A DNA stretch of 64,000 nt from Nageia nagi (GCA_050084985.1 JBITNC010000002.1:4278001-4342000), one strand, 5' to 3'. Counted from the first letter of the stretch, positions 21,822-35,936 are shown. Notes: generated from the sequence alone by a model not told the origin. Program-made: numbers and translations.

Positions 21822-24800
21822 TGTTGTGTCCGCACAACACACCCCAAAATACAAGATTTTGGGGACCCTATTTTTGCAAAGGCAATGAGGTGCATTGCCT
21901 TGAGATTGGCTTTTGGCGACAAATAGTTCATTTTGAAGAGTGCAAATATGATATTAGTGAGCGATTCAAGGAGCTCATACGACGAAGACCCTAAAGGGTA
22001 TCAGAGTATCCAGTCATTGGTTTTGTAGCCAAGGAGCCAGGATTTGAGAGATCGTATCAGAGAATGATGTTTTGGGTCTAGAGTGAAGCCAATGGAGATG
22101 GGGTTGTTTTCCAAATTTTGAGCTCAAAAATGGCGAGTATGGCGGAAAATGCATGTTTTGGTCAAGTTTGAGCTCGGAAAGTTCGGAAATGGCGAGTATG
22201 ACAAAAATGTCTGTTTTGGTCAATTTTGAGCCCATAAATGGTCAGTATGGTAAAAATGTGCGTTTTTTAGAGTTTGAGACCAGAAATGGCCAAAAATGAT
22301 AAAAAATGCAAGTTGACCTCGGAAATGATCGAAAATGTAGAGTTTTAGCTCAGAAATGGTCGTTTTTCAGAGTTTGAGCTCGAAAATGCCGGAAATGCAT
22401 AGTTTGAGCCCAAAAGTGATGGAAAATGCAAATTTGGTCGGGTTTGAGCTCAGAAATGGCAGATATGGGCCCAAAGTGCAAAAGGTATGACCTAGGGCAC
22501 ATTTTGAGGATTTTAGTGATATCAAAGCCTGGGTTTTGACACATAGCTCCCAAGTATGGCAAATTATGGAAATTTTTCAAGAGATAAATGCAAATAGTGT
22601 CGAAATTTAAGTCTAAGAGCGTCATTGGAGAGATAAGGTTAATTCTAATACAATTAGAACTTAAAATCTTCGATTTTGACCAAGTTTTTAGCCCTTAAAG
22701 CTTAGGCACAGTTTTTCAAGCAAATAGAAATCCAATAAGGTGTATTCTGGCGCCTAGCTACCAAAGGGAAAAGTTCATCTGTCTTGAAAATCAAGGGAAA
22801 TGATTTGTTTTCATGCAAAACCTCATTTCAAGGCACTTTAGGTCTCAAATTTTTCGAATTTGACCAATGAAAGTGCCCTAAAATCCTTGGCACATGTCTT
22901 CAAGTGATTGGAAATCCATAGACTTTCATTTTGGTGCCTAACTTGGAGTAAAAAAAATGGATTTTCACTAAAAGACAAAACCAAAGGCATAAATTGATGG
23001 AAATGACCATTCCAAGAACATTTAGGTCTTCAATTTTTCGAATTTGAGCAAGTTTTGAGGCCCATAATATTAGGCACATGTTTTCATGGCTATGGAAATC
23101 CAATGGGGTGAATTTTGGTGCCGAGGATGAGGAGAAAAGATAAATTTTGTCCAAAAATCAAGTTTGAGGACTTGGGAACAAGGAAAAGGGCATTTCAAGA
23201 AGGTTTATGTCTACAAAATTTCATTTTTGAACAAGGGAAATGCCCCAAATGCATAGGTGCACATTTTCATGCTAATGGAATTCCAATGGAGTGTTTTTCA
23301 GCGCCTAACTCAAGGAGGAAAGTGGTTTTTTGATCAAAAACCAAGTTTGTGCACATCAATGGATAAAAGACCCCATTCTAAGCACATTTAAACTCGGAAA
23401 ATTTCATTTTTGAGCAAGTTTGAAGGCTCAAATATCTAGGTGCAGGTTTTGGGCTGATTAAAGATCCATATGGCTGAAATCTAGCGCTTAAGTTGGAGAG
23501 AATTGACAAATTTTGATCAAAACTCAAGTTTGAGCACTTCATTGCAAGGAAAATGGCATTCTAGTCACATTTAAACCTTCATATTTTCGATTTTGAGCAC
23601 ATTTAAGGCACCTAAAGGCTAGGTGCAGGTTTTCAAGCCATTGGATAATCCATTGTAGTAAAATCTAGTGCCTAGATTGGAGAGAAAAGAGGAATTTTGC
23701 TCAAAAATCGAATTTTATGGTTTCATTGCATGAAAAGGCACATTCTAAGCACATTTAAACTTTGGAATTTTCAGATTTGAACAAGTTTAAGTACTCAAAA
23801 TCTAGGAGGCATTTTTCATTTCTATGGAAATTTTCACTTTTTTCTCCCAAAAAAATCCAGACATGAAAATCGAAAATTTTGCCAAAAACCCCAAATCTTT
23901 CTCAAAACCTCCTAAAAAGCTCCAATTCCTCTCAAAACTTGCCAAATACCTTATAATCCTATCCTCCATCCATCCATAAGCTCAAATCCATCTTTTAAAT
24001 TTTTCCAAATTTCGGACCCCTCCCATCTTTTTCGAAAAATAGACCAAAAAATCCACTTTTTCGAAAAATCCTCTTAGAATTCCTTGAAAATTTGCCAGAA
24101 TGATCACATCAAAGGCAAAGTCAGATTGAAAGAAAGAAGGAGCTCAAAAGACTGACAGAAGGATCTAGAACGATGATTTGAAGCTCCAAATTTTGCCAAA
24201 TTGATGCAAAATGCCTCAAAATCTATGCCATAGGGCATCAATTTTTGGAAATATTTTATTTCTAGCATATTTTAGTGGAATGAGTATTGTTCTCCCACTA
24301 AAATGCCATTGTAATCTCAATTTAGCATTCAAATTAGCTTTTTAAAGCTATTTTAAGAATTAGGGCAACATTATCAAATTTGACCTAAAAAGTCAATAAA
24401 TAGACCATAGGGGATCACTTTTGAGGGAGAATGTTTTTAGTGCACATTTGTAGAAAATTGGTAAATTGATGTATCCTTGTAATTTTTGCATGAATTTAAT
24501 ACAAAGTGGTGGAATACTTGAAACAAAGAGATTTGTCATTGTGAGATTGTAGATTTGACCATTTTGGAGCTTTTTTTGGATGATCTAGAATTTCACACTT
24601 TTCCTTGAAAATTTTTGAATCTTAGGAAATTTTTTTGAAATTTTTTAAAAGTTCTTGAATCATTCCCAAATCGTTGCTTATCAATAATTTGCATAGTAAG
24701 TGGATGTATTTTGAGGATTTCTTCATTCTATGACATCAAATTAGATATTCCTATTCGAAACAAAGTTGTGTTTCCCTTTTGATTGCATTGGTCTTGCTTG

Positions 24801-25303
24801 TAGAGTATCGACAGTCAGCTTTGCTCCTCGCTTCTCTTAAGAATATATTGGACTTAGGTTATTTTATTTTTAGGTTGGAAGACTTTGAATGAGATTTCTT
24901 GAATGACCCAAAAGTAAGAAACCTTAGACACCGCTTCACTGTGATCTTTTCTTTGTCATCTCACCAGTATTGAAACATTCTCGTTCACTTTTCTTTTCTT
25001 TATTTTACACTTTCATTAAGACTTATAGCAACTTTCGAACTTTTGCAAGATAAGACACTTTAGTCCCCATAAAAAATGTGTGTTAACAGTTACTACCTCT
25101 ACTACACCACTCAGCTGATTCCCGAACAAGACCTACACAATTTAAAGCTCTTATTAACGACACAAGCTTTCCAATAGAAACCTTGGGGTATCAGTCCTTA
25201 CAAGAGGAGTTCAGTAATGCATTCTTACTTAAATGTTGGGTCGCTTTCCCATCATGTTCCTCTAGGCAGTTGCCGAGTAAGAGGAAAGGTTTCCATCCCA
25301 CCA
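21822..25303. mobile_element. Solo LTR, 3482 bp, TG...CA, 5-bp TSD ATTGG, inserted in the hAT BED finger
   Basis: ATTGG lies at 21817-21821 and 25304-25308. The hAT flanks rejoin (with a frameshift) as RIKYH..ILGQDARPCEQV. Internal tttgagctc(a/g)gaaatggc subrepeats (22100-22470) and larger degenerate subrepeats (22640-23830). Confidence 0.85.
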
Positions 25304-26782
25304 ATTGGCAGGGTGATATTTTATTCTGTTTGGACCTCCCACGAAAAACTTACCACAATAGTTACATATACCCCCTGATTTTGTACCCTGTTTGCAATGT
25401 TTCCAAATAGAGTGCCCTTGTGTGCTTGTGGATGCTGAAGAACTCAAGTTGTTTGTGTAACAAAGGAATTACCCTGCACAGCTGCAAATAGAAAAATAAA
25501 AAACAAAAAAGAAACCTTTGTTATAAAAAAATACCAGCAAAAAAAATTTAGAAGCATTGAAAATTCTTAAAAACAAGCGAAAAAGAATTCAAATCTGGAT
25601 AATGGAGTGAAATCTCGATCAAAATGCACTGGAAATGAGAAACCTAGCACTTGAAAACCTGTTAGCAGCAATGAGAAGTGAGAGCATGAGCAACGAGAGT
25701 GAGGGCATGCCATTTTATAAAAACATTCTTCACTTTTCAACTCTGTTTTTGGACAGGCTGGTTACTTGTTCGGACTCTGCAAGTCAGCAGTTTGGGTTAG
25801 TAACTGGTGGTTTTGGACTGTCTGACTGTCTCGCTGAAACAGGTGCAAGTTAACTGTTTCGGCAGCCTGGGGTGTTTACTCGCCAGTTTGGGCAGTCACT
25901 TGCCGGTTCGTGCAACGAGTCAGTATGAAAGTTGGTCAAGAAGGGCCGTTGGCAGCCTCTTTTTCTGTTTCTCTAGTTTCTCTCTAATCTGTCTACATGG
26001 ACACGCATAGGTGGTGACAAATTAACTATCAAGTTCTCATGCTACACGTTCATACTACAATAATGTCATTAATGCCTTGATCAACACTTTCATGATTCCA
26101 TTCAGGTTATCATGGAATGTGGTATTGATGCTGATTAACAATGGAAATCCACAAAATAGATGGCATTTTAAATATTTTAGTCCTTTTTTTAGTTTGGTAG
26201 TTGAGAATTCAGATCAAAGTCTTATAGTTATTTGTAGCAATAGATTTTATTACAATAAGATAATGATAATTCTGCTTGTTTTTCTGATTTCATTTTCTTT
26301 CTACATTATTCTCAAATTCTTAAAAATGTGGATCTAGGTTGGCATGAAGTTCGTTTATGTCTGCGAGTGCCAGTAGCCTTATGTATGGAATTTGATTAAA
26401 CAATATTGAGTGTGGCAGTTCTTCACTTTTTCTTCTTGATTTGTCGTCATGACTTGAATACATTCATTCCAGACGCACTTTTAGAGGGAATTTCAGACAT
26501 GTCATCTTTCTATTTCAATACTTATTTTGTAATGATTTAGTTGATTCAAGTATCATACCTATGGTGACTTCCTTTTGTTATGATTTCCACATGTAGTTGG
26601 TAATACATAGGATTTGCAGAATCTGAAAATAATTGACAGCAATTAACAAACACTTACAAGGCCATTTTCTATTTTGTTTTTTAAATGTGTCATTTTACAA
26701 AGTTTCTTCTTAGCAATAGTATTCTTTGTAAAAAGGAATCTGTGGAAGTATGGCTTGTCATAATGCTGAGTTCTTGTTTCAG

Positions 26783-26895
26783 AGAAACCGGTGGTTGATA
26801 TTTTCAAGGATGAAGCAACTAATGGCCTTCCTTCTATTTTTCAGATTGACTGCACTCTAAATGATTGTAGTTCACTCTTGAAATCTTTGAATCAG
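26783..26895 (+). CDS. Coding exon B of the same gene
   Basis: Acceptor tttcAG at 26781-26782, donor CAG|GTAAG. The phase-1 join gives (G|AG)=E KPVVDIFKDEATNGLPSIFQIDCTLNDCSSLLKSLNQ, including the family DCTLNDCS motif. Confidence 0.9.
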
Positions 26896-27204
26896 GTAAG
26901 GTGTTGGCAGATTAAGAATTTTGGTAATACAAAATTCCCTAAAGCCAGAGTTTATTAAGCTTTATGAACTTGTCATCCTTAAATTTTTAGTTTAAATACT
27001 TCAATTTTCTAATATGCATAATGTAACTGATTATTTCTAATTTTTTCACTCGTCTTTATTTCAGATGTGTGCCGCCTTTGTTGCTTATCATAGATGACTG
27101 TTACAAGATTCATTTCCAATTATTACTTGCATTCTTAGTCTTTATATTATCGGCAATACAAAGTATTGAGGCTTCTGCTTGCATTTGTAAACTTGTCTAT
27201 GTAG

Positions 27205-27349
27205 GAGGAGATATATCCAAAATTACTATTATTTCCAGCTAGAAAGAAGGATGATCCTATTGCTTACGAAGGGGACATCTCAGTAAACAAAATAATTGAA
27301 TTCTTGGCTGCTTATGGAAGTGTTTCTGGTAATCTTTACAGCTTAAGAG
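27205..27349 (+). CDS. Coding exon C of the same gene
   Basis: Acceptor tgtAG at 27203-27204, donor G|GTACT. Translates EEIYPKLLLFPARKKDDPIAYEGDISVNKIIEFLAAYGS..., the C-terminal half of a Trx fold (YP..LFPA...YEGD). Phases 0/1 match the neighbouring exons. Confidence 0.9.
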
Positions 27350-28163
27350 GTACTTATATATGCCCTTTAGACTACTTAAAATTAATATGACTGCAATTTG
27401 TTTATTTCAAGTTTCATTTGTTCTTGATTTTTGTACTACTTCATATATCTAAGATTCTACTAATTGGAAACAACCTGCCCTAGTGTGGTTTGGCAGGCCT
27501 ACTGCTACTAGTCAGTAACTAGACAATGTTTTAGCCAGTTTCTTTATAGAGCTTGTGCAGTCCAAGTAGAAAGAAACTCAAGAATGAAAGAGAATATATT
27601 AAACAAGGTTTTAATTAGACTTCTTGACACAAGAAGGAGCTTGCACTTGCTAATTGCAGTTAGAATTGCTTTGAGAGCTTTACTACCAAGTTTTCATATT
27701 TGCATTCCCCAATGAGAATTCTCTTGTTCAATGAAAATATTTTATTTTGAAGTTTTGTTTATCTTACTTGATCTTAAGTAGTTGATTCCACATTTCCAGC
27801 ATAGCCAGAGGCTAACTCGGCAATCATTCAGGGAGGTCAAAGGGTAAGAGTCATTTTCTATGGAGTAAATAAGGTTAGATAGAGAAAAATTGTGTTTCCA
27901 AAAGAAATGAAAAAAAGTACTGTAATCTCAAAGAGCATCTTTGAGTCCATTAAAAGTTAAGGATTGCTTGCTAACCTTTTGTATAGCTTCTTTACTTAAG
28001 CATTTTTTATCATTTCGATCATGTCAATAGCTTCGGATTCTTCAAAACCTGTTAACTGGAGAGGTAAGGTAGCATAAGATCAGAAATCAAGTGACGATTG
28101 GAACCTGGACAAGCTTACCTCAACACCCAACTGCTCGGAATTTTGGAACCATCAGAAATCCTA

Positions 28164-28460
28164 TTGAGAGCATGGGAATGAGCTGAGTTGTCAAGAGCGC
28201 GAGAATGTACTAGGAGTTTTTAAGAGCATGGGAATGAGCTAGGGAGTTGTCAAGAGCGCAAGAATGAGATAGGGAGTTTTCAAGAGAGCAAGAATGAACT
28301 AAGGTCTGAATCTATAAGCCTCCCACAAAAATGTGTACGATGGAACATTGAGATGCCCAGGCCCACATCGAAAGATCAGGGTCTTGAAAGCAAAAAGCAT
28401 AGGCGAAGGATTGGGAACTGTGAAGATAGAAGCTTGGGAACTGTGAAGATAGAAGCTTTC
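28164..28460. repeat. Minisatellites (~29-bp x5; 23-bp x2) in a probable LTR remnant within the last intron
   Basis: aagagc(a/g)...gaatgagctagggagtt units at 28164-28300; ttgggaactgtgaagatagaagc x2 at 28411-28456; LTR-like end ...ttttgggtctaca at ~28657. Confidence 0.7.
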
Positions 28461-29439
28461 ACAAATTACATGTCAACATCTTGTCTTCGAAGTTCTGAAA
28501 TGGAGAATTAAGAACCCGGAAGATGCAAAAGTTGGAATTTTTGAAGAGTTGACATCAAAAAAGCCTTATCTAGGTTTTGAATGCTGTATTACTAGTGATG
28601 AATAACATCAGTGATGAACCACGATGGGTGTAGCACCACCATGATTTTGGGTCTACACTATGCTGGGGATTTATCAGTGTTCCTAGTTTCTTCATTTTAA
28701 TCATCAATATATATTTTTAGCATCTCTTTGTTTAGTTTATCAGGTTTCCCATACATGCTATGGATGCAGGTATTCTCCACAGGATAAATATAAGAATTAG
28801 CAGTAGAAGCATGGCTGGAAGTACACATAGGAACTCCCATAACTGCAATCGTCCATCTTGAGTGGTCAAGCAAGACAGGATTATCCACGCTTCCTTTGCT
28901 ATAAATCCTAATTTTAAAAGTCCCTTTTTTGTTATCTTTCTTCGTATGTGGTAGAAAACATAGGATGTAGATTTTGTATCTCCCTATGGATTCGTAGAAT
29001 GCACAAAGTAAATAATTTACATAGTAAAATTAACTTTGTAATGCTTCCATTCATCAAGGCACATTACATTCAAGAAGTATCTTCTAGAAGTTTTTCTTCA
29101 CCATAAATGCAGATTACAACTGTTACAATGAGTAAAAATACATTTGTTCAGTATTTATTATAGCTTATTTCTTTGCTATTTATTGCTGTTGTTTCAGAAT
29201 GTCGTTCAAATATTTGAAATGTTGTTTCTATGTTGAAGCTTGTTTGATTAGGTTCTCAATATTTGAAAATGATATAATGCTTTCTATTGCAGTTTGCAAT
29301 AGAAAATTTATGGCATCGATCTGTAAATGCTGTCTCATTTATGGGAAGGGCAAAACCTGTTGTCTTATTTTGCTCATCTAGTTCAAAGTTTACATCATTT
29401 CTAATGAGGTGCTATTTGCTTTCATTTTTGGAGTTGTAG

Positions 29440-30131
29440 GTGTCTTATGGAACAAGATGCAGCAAAGGATAAGCTGTTATACACGCACACCATGGATCTC
29501 ATCGTCTGTTCCAATACAAATTAAGGCCCCTCCTCAAACAGAGAGACCAGCTCAAGAGCTTGGGCTGTCTACATCTGATCAGTATGGAAGCAGGCAAATT
29601 CAAACTGGAAGTAGCGATAAGTATAGTTCACACAGCAAAATGCCTGGTGTTGGATCAGTTCTCATATCTTCCAAAGAGCTTCATGGTATATATCCTTTTG
29701 AAAGCTCCATTATCATAATTGTAAAGGCAAATCCTGATGAAGGCTTTGTTGGTTTAATTGTAAATAAGCCTCTTTCATGGGATGATCTGCAAAAAATAGA
29801 TATGCATCTAGAGCCAATATTAAGAAATGCTTCCATCAACTTTGGTGGCCCTATTGTTGCAAAAGGAATGCCTTTCCTTTGTTTGACACGGCTGAGCAAT
29901 ATTGAAGGCTTTAGGGAAGTTCTTCCTGGTATATATTATGGAGGACCAGTAGATACAAGGAAAGTCAATATGATGATAATGTCTGGGAAAATTTCAGTTT
30001 ATGATTTATGGTTTTTTCTGGGCTTTGCTAGTTGGGGTTGGCAGCAACTTTTGGATGAATTGGCAGCACAAGCTTGGCATATCACTGCTTACAGAGAGGG
30101 TCTGTTTCATTGGCCTGTGGACAAACCATAG
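29440..30131 (+). CDS. Terminal coding exon D, DUF179 (YqgE/AlgH-like) domain
   Basis: Acceptor tgtAG at 29438-29439, phase 1, in ORF 29409..30131. GSVLISS...PFESSIIIIV...GFVGLIVNKPL...FGGP...WFFLGFASWGWQQLLDELAAQAW matches the DUF179 pattern. Ends in TAG. Confidence 0.92.
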
Positions 30132-31339
30132 GAATCCTGCATTTTGTCAGATTCAAACATAGCACATATTCCCTATTATTTTTCAGGAGTCCCAAACATT
30201 TTAAATGGGATAAATAACTTTTAAAGCATTAGATGACTTGCAGCAGAATTTTCAAGTCTCTGATCAGAGTATGCCTAGATATATAAACTTCACTCTGCTG
30301 ATAGGATCAATGCCTCTTGTGGATCTTGCATTTCTTTACCAGGCTCAAGGACGTGCAAGGGCCTAAACTTCAAGCGTTATCCCAAATCTTGGTTCTCTTT
30401 AGCAACACTTGCGTTTATTGAAATTCATCTGGCAGTTTGTGACAACGAGGATGAAAATGCCCCTGTACACATCTGGCGGTTTGTAACAACCATGAGGATG
30501 GAAATGGCCCTCAACACATTGAACAAAATAGGAGTTTTATCTGGGCAACTATAAGAAGAGATATAGGTTAGCCAACAAGTGAAATACTGATTCAAAAAAT
30601 GCTTCACTGTTTTTAATAATTGGCCGGAACTATGAAGGAATGAAATGGGTCTGGATTTGATACTCTATATTTTATTAGATTCTCTAAACCATCAGTAAAG
30701 AGTAGGTGTGCACCATTTTTTGGCACCCAGGATTTAGTGTACACGTGATTTTTGTAGCATTAGATATGGAAATTTGCGCAGCACATCTAAGTTCAGAAAC
30801 CTGATTGAATAGCTCCGTATTATTTTAGGAATTCTTTCTAATGCTAGCTTGACATGAAAAAAGTAGACAATTGCAAATTGGTGGATGAAAAGCAGTCATA
30901 TCAGAGGAATTTGGACTTGGACTAACACCTCAAGGACTTTATGAACTAATATAAAATAGATGCAAAGGACAATTCTTATTCAAATAAAGCAATACACTCT
31001 GATTTGTTGTATGTAAGTTCTGTAGTGAATTAGTTTCAACAGAATCTTAGCAATGCATTTTTTTAGTTTTTGTCCTAGCTTGAAATTAGATAGTTGAGGA
31101 AGTGAGATGGGGTTTGCTTTGTACATGAAAAAGTGAAGATAAATTTTGAAAAACCTCTTGCAAATTTATCTTTCTTGCTCATTTTTGAAAAAAAACTAAT
31201 TGTCCTTATTTCTTTTTAACTATTGCAAGATTTTATTTTCAATGGTTATTTCCAATTTAAATTAATTTTCTTGTCAAATGTTTAAATTTTGGAAATATAT
31301 TGAATATAATTGGAACTTTATTCATCAAAATGATTGGTA

Positions 31340-34300
31340 ACCAAAAGAGATCAAGAAAAACTCAATAACGTCATATCAGATTCAATCAACTTGTAATGGG
31401 GGCTTATTTCTATGAATGGCAAATGCAAAATCAACTAAGGATGTTTGGAAGGCTGAAAAATAGGCTTAACAATACAATGACCAATTTGTGGATACTAAAA
31501 TAACAGAGTTTGAGGATTTAAGAGTATTGTGTGAAAGATCTTATCAATAAAATGATTACTCTTGCAAAATGTTGGAAAATAAGGTGGTTGAGAAGAAAGT
31601 GTTGAGAACTCAACATTTTAGTAGAACCATACGGTTATTGTTTGTGGAGAAAGTAATGATATGATTGTGGAATTTGATCATCTAATAGACTTTCATGTCA
31701 TATGATGAGAGATTGAAATAGCCTCAATGAAGATGTTGAACAAGATTTTGGCTTAAGTGAAACTTTCAAATGTTGATGTTAGTTGAAGCTCAAGAGGACA
31801 AGAAAGATAAGCAACTTAGATTTCCTTTACAGGAAGAGGAGGAATAAGAGGTGATAATAGTCATAGAAGATTTGATAGAAGAAGTGTCCAATATTACTAT
31901 TGCAAAAAGTATAACAATTACATTATAGAAGAAAGTAAGGATTTAATTACTTTGGAAGGTGATCATTTTGTAGATATAGTACATTTAAGAGAGATTAAAA
32001 TGTCTCTATTGTAGCCTTTGAAGAAGCTTTAAATTTTTTCAAAGAATGGTGTTGGTTCAAGTAGAATTCATTTAGAGGAAGCAAGGGCCTTAGATTGGAT
32101 TACAAAATGCCCATGGTTACCATTACAAAACTTTGTGGCCATTTAATTGTTATGATTCGAGAAAGTTAATTTGGAGTTTGATCAATTTGCAAAGTTAATT
32201 ATGTCACATGAACAGATTCAAATATCTAGTGAAAGTGTTGAACAAGCATTTGCCTTAAAGATGTAAGTTTCAAAGAATGATGGCATTGTTTCAAGTTCAT
32301 AAAGGTAAGGAAGATAATAAAATTGAAATCTCCTAAAAGGAAGATGAGGTCACACTAATAGAGAAAGAGGAAGAGTAGGAAGAAGAGGCCATGCTAATAG
32401 GGGAAAAGGAAGATTTGAGAAAATAATTGTTATGTTATCATTGTGAAAAATATGGTTATTTAAAAAAAAAAAAGAATATAAAACTAAAGTTACTATAAAA
32501 AAACAAAACAACAAACTTTATAAATGAGAACAAGCAAGAAGATTTAAGAATTGTTTGATAACATGATATGGTTGAAAAGACTTCTTACAAAACTTGGTAT
32601 CTAGATTCAAACTAATCCAATTACACATGACTAGGAATAAGGAGTTGATAATTGACATGAATGAGAAGTACAAGATTAAGATGAAACTTGGTTACAAGAA
32701 AGCTTTGGAGGTAGAAGTAAAAGTTTGGTGGAATTGGATATTGATAGTTGAAACGTATTCTTGATACTTGTTACACTTATAATGTTAAATAAAATTTGTT
32801 GAGTGGTGGCTAGTTGTGTGAAAGTACTTGTATTGCTAATTAGTAAAGTGTACCCAACTACATGAACCATGGGAGAAAAGTTACGACCATGTTAAGTAGA
32901 TGTATATATTCCTTGAAGCTAGTGCAACATTGTGATTGAAAATAAATGTTGGTTGTGGCATACGAATTATGTTTTTTTACTTAAAGTTGAAGATAAAAAA
33001 TATGTTTTTGAAAGGTATGCAAAAGGAAAATATTTTAGATAAAAGGTTCTAAGAGAAATTGAAATTTGATATTAATATTCGTGGGTGAACAAAAAATGGT
33101 CAATAGGACTATAGAAAAGAAGAGCAAGGGAGCACCTAGAGCAGTTGTAATATATAAGAGTGCAAAGTAGACACAAAAGAGTGTCAAATACAATAGGTCA
33201 AAATGGGGCAAAATGTCTATATATGGAGACTCAAGGGGCTCCTTCAACATTTGAGGTTAGAAAGAAGCTTAGGATGTTGTAACTAGAGGAAGTAACCCTA
33301 ATGGATTTAGTAGTAACGTGTCAACGGGTTGTCCTTCTAGAGTCTTTAGGGATCGTTTGATACTTTTGGCTCGTAGTTTCTTTTAGTTGGAAATAAGATG
33401 TGATGTGTTTAGAACTTGTGCTTTGGGATCTATTGATGATCACTTTCTACTTGAGGCGCGTCGCTTCTCTGAAATAGAGTGTGACATATTTTTGGTCTTC
33501 GTAGTTCATCCATGAATTCAAAGTGTGGGCATCTCTGAATAAAAAAGAACTAACCTCAATTTTCATACTAGATGGGCCAAATGAATATGAAATGCGCTTC
33601 AGTCTTTGGTTCCATGTTGCATAGTTTGCATATACATAGGTATCTAGGGATATGGTGAACTATGTTGATACATAGTCAATATGAACATACCCTTATTTGG
33701 CCAAGAGGGAAATGAAGATCATGTGATATGTGTAGTTTGATGTAATAAGAGATGAGAATAACACCATTTTGTAGTTTCATGTAAGCCTAAAGACAATGGA
33801 AGAGATTTGGTGAAAGAGGTTTTCTTGGTTCAATCCAACTTGTCATCAAACAAGTTGAGTAGATTTCCTTTTGATCTTTTTGTTGATATCTTTGGTAAAA
33901 GAATTAGAGAACTTGTCTAGAAGCTAAGAGGGAGGTAGTTGCTAGATATCCAGGCCTATGGATAATTGGAGAGAGGTGGCTTTTGAGTACCAACAATAAT
34001 AAATGTCTTTACTTGTATTGAGGATTCGAGCATTAAGAGAGTGTATCTCTTCGAGTAAGAAGATATGAAAATGATATGATGGATCTTATTAAAAAACATG
34101 ATAAAATGGAATACTATAAGAGCAAACATGGGGCATGCATCAAATTCAACCATAATAATGGAATGAAGGACAATTATTTTGGCTTGAATGGATATTGAGA
34201 GTATATTGACCAAAACCCTTTTAATGCAAAAGCCCAAATTGAGTGTCTCAAGCTAAGTCCCAAAATTTCACATCCATAAAGTAAGGTAGGAGAGACAAAA

Positions 34301-35630
34301 ACATGAAACAATTTAATTTTTACCATGGTATCCTAGAACCAGAGTTGAAAATAGTGTATCTCGAGTGTGATAGTTACATCATAGCCTTAATTCAATCTAT
34401 TCTAAGGGGATAGGATCAAGCTAAAAGTAGGAGCTATGAAGATTACACCCAATTAAGTGTAAGAGATGCTTTCTTGATAGCTTACCCTTAGAAAGTAAGG
34501 TGGATTTCGAAAGCATCTATTCTTAACATATTACCCTTAGAAAGTAAGGTGGATTTCGAAAGCATCTATTCTTGACATATTAAAGGACATTGCCTTTGTC
34601 TTTTTAAGATTAAATTTAAGACTATGAGTAGTGCATACGGTATTGAGGATGTCAACTTGATGTTGAAGCCAAACTATTGTATGATATAACAAAATGATGT
34701 CATTTGCAAAGAGAAAAATTAAGAAATGGAGTCATATAAAAAACAACCCACACTTGGGCCCAAGTTCTTTGATATCAAGTGTTCAAGTTCATCAATATAG
34801 AGCCCAAATAGAGTACGTGAGAGGGGAAAACCTTGTTTTACACCAATAGTGCTATAATCATATCAAATAAGTGAGAACCGACTCAGACTTGGCCAACTAC
34901 TTGTTCATATAATTTCATGATAAGGGATATAACATCTCTAAGGATCCCTATATTCTCAAGTCTTTGGAATAGATGTCTAGGGATAATACCTAAGGCTATA
35001 CAAAAGTTGGTAAAGCAATAATAAACCTTTTGTTTGTAAGCTCGAGATTCTCTAATGATGGTCCATAGAGGTAGACCATGGAGGGCTTCACATTTGCTTC
35101 AACTTATTCATTTTGATATTTATGTCCCTATATAAACTAAAAGCTTGGGTAAATCCTCATATTCATTACTTTTATTAATGATTTTATTAGGATATGGTGG
35201 ACTTCTTTTGTGGATACAAGATGAGGATTTGAGTATTATCTAAGGTGGAAAGTATCATTTTAAAAACTTTAAAAAAGTTTATGATGAACACTTATGATTA
35301 ACTTCAAATGGGTTTGTTGGAGAGAGAATTATATTTATTGAAATTGTAAGGACCATCCTTAAAAGGTAAGGGCTAAACACTTTTTATTAGGATGATGTAG
35401 TAGCTACAACAATCTATATTTTTAGGAGTCCAACACTTTCTCTTATCTAAATGATTCTTCAGAAGGCATGGTATGGAAGGAAATCAAATGCCATTCATTT
35501 GGAAGTTTTTGCTTCTTTAGGCTATGTTCAAGTTGCTAATAAGAAGAATATGATTGATCCAAAGAGTTAGCTTGCATCTTCATTGGATATTCTAAAAGCA
35601 ATAAGGCTTATATTGTTTACAGTTGGAATA
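31340..35630 (+). mobile_element. Highly decayed Ty1/Copia gag-protease-integrase, interrupted by other repeats
   Basis: Zinc knuckle CYHCEKYG at ~32430 and WYLDS protease at ~32595. Integrase remnants (QMGLLER, DVVATTIY, AWYGRK, CIFIGYSK) lie at 35240-35620. gag appears partly duplicated. Confidence 0.7.
34482..34579. repeat. 49-bp tandem duplication
   Basis: ttacccttagaaagtaaggtggatttcgaaagcatctattctt(a/g)acata x2. Confidence 0.95.
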
Positions 35631-35936
35631 TTGGGATATGATGTTGATAAAGACTATTCTTACCTACCTTTCGGAGTGACATGTAGAATTTTAACTCAAA
35701 CTTTTGAAAGTATAATTGTTTGTAACAATAGTTGTATAATATTATGCAAAAGGAAGTTTCTTGTAAATGTTATAACATAATATGTCAGTTTGTAATAACA
35801 ACTTTGAATGTAATAATAGTAGAATATAGGTGTAAAAACATTGTAGTTTTCCTCTTTTAGCATTGTATACAAAGTTGGACAAGAAAATAATAGAAAAAAA
35901 TATTATTTTCCCATGATCATAAGATTTTCCCACCAA

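Larger units (their letters stand above)
18690..26010 (-). mobile_element. Decayed intron-containing hAT transposon (BED finger, DUF659, hAT dimerisation domain), split by two solo LTRs
   Basis: BED finger IWKHC...CNYCGK...RIKYH at 25310-25410. DUF659 DGWID...LINF...VFLKS.D...ENVVQVIT at 21052-21381. Also GATHFATNF at ~20770, YKDMDRAK at ~19590 and RILSQPC...ERN.STFE...RLNDLVFVHYNL at 19010-19150. Termini are approximate. Confidence 0.88.
14542..26782 (+). other. 12.2-kb GT-AG intron filled with nested transposons
   Basis: Bounded by the exon A donor and exon B acceptor with consistent phase. Contains Copia, LINE-like, hAT and solo-LTR insertions. Confidence 0.85.
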
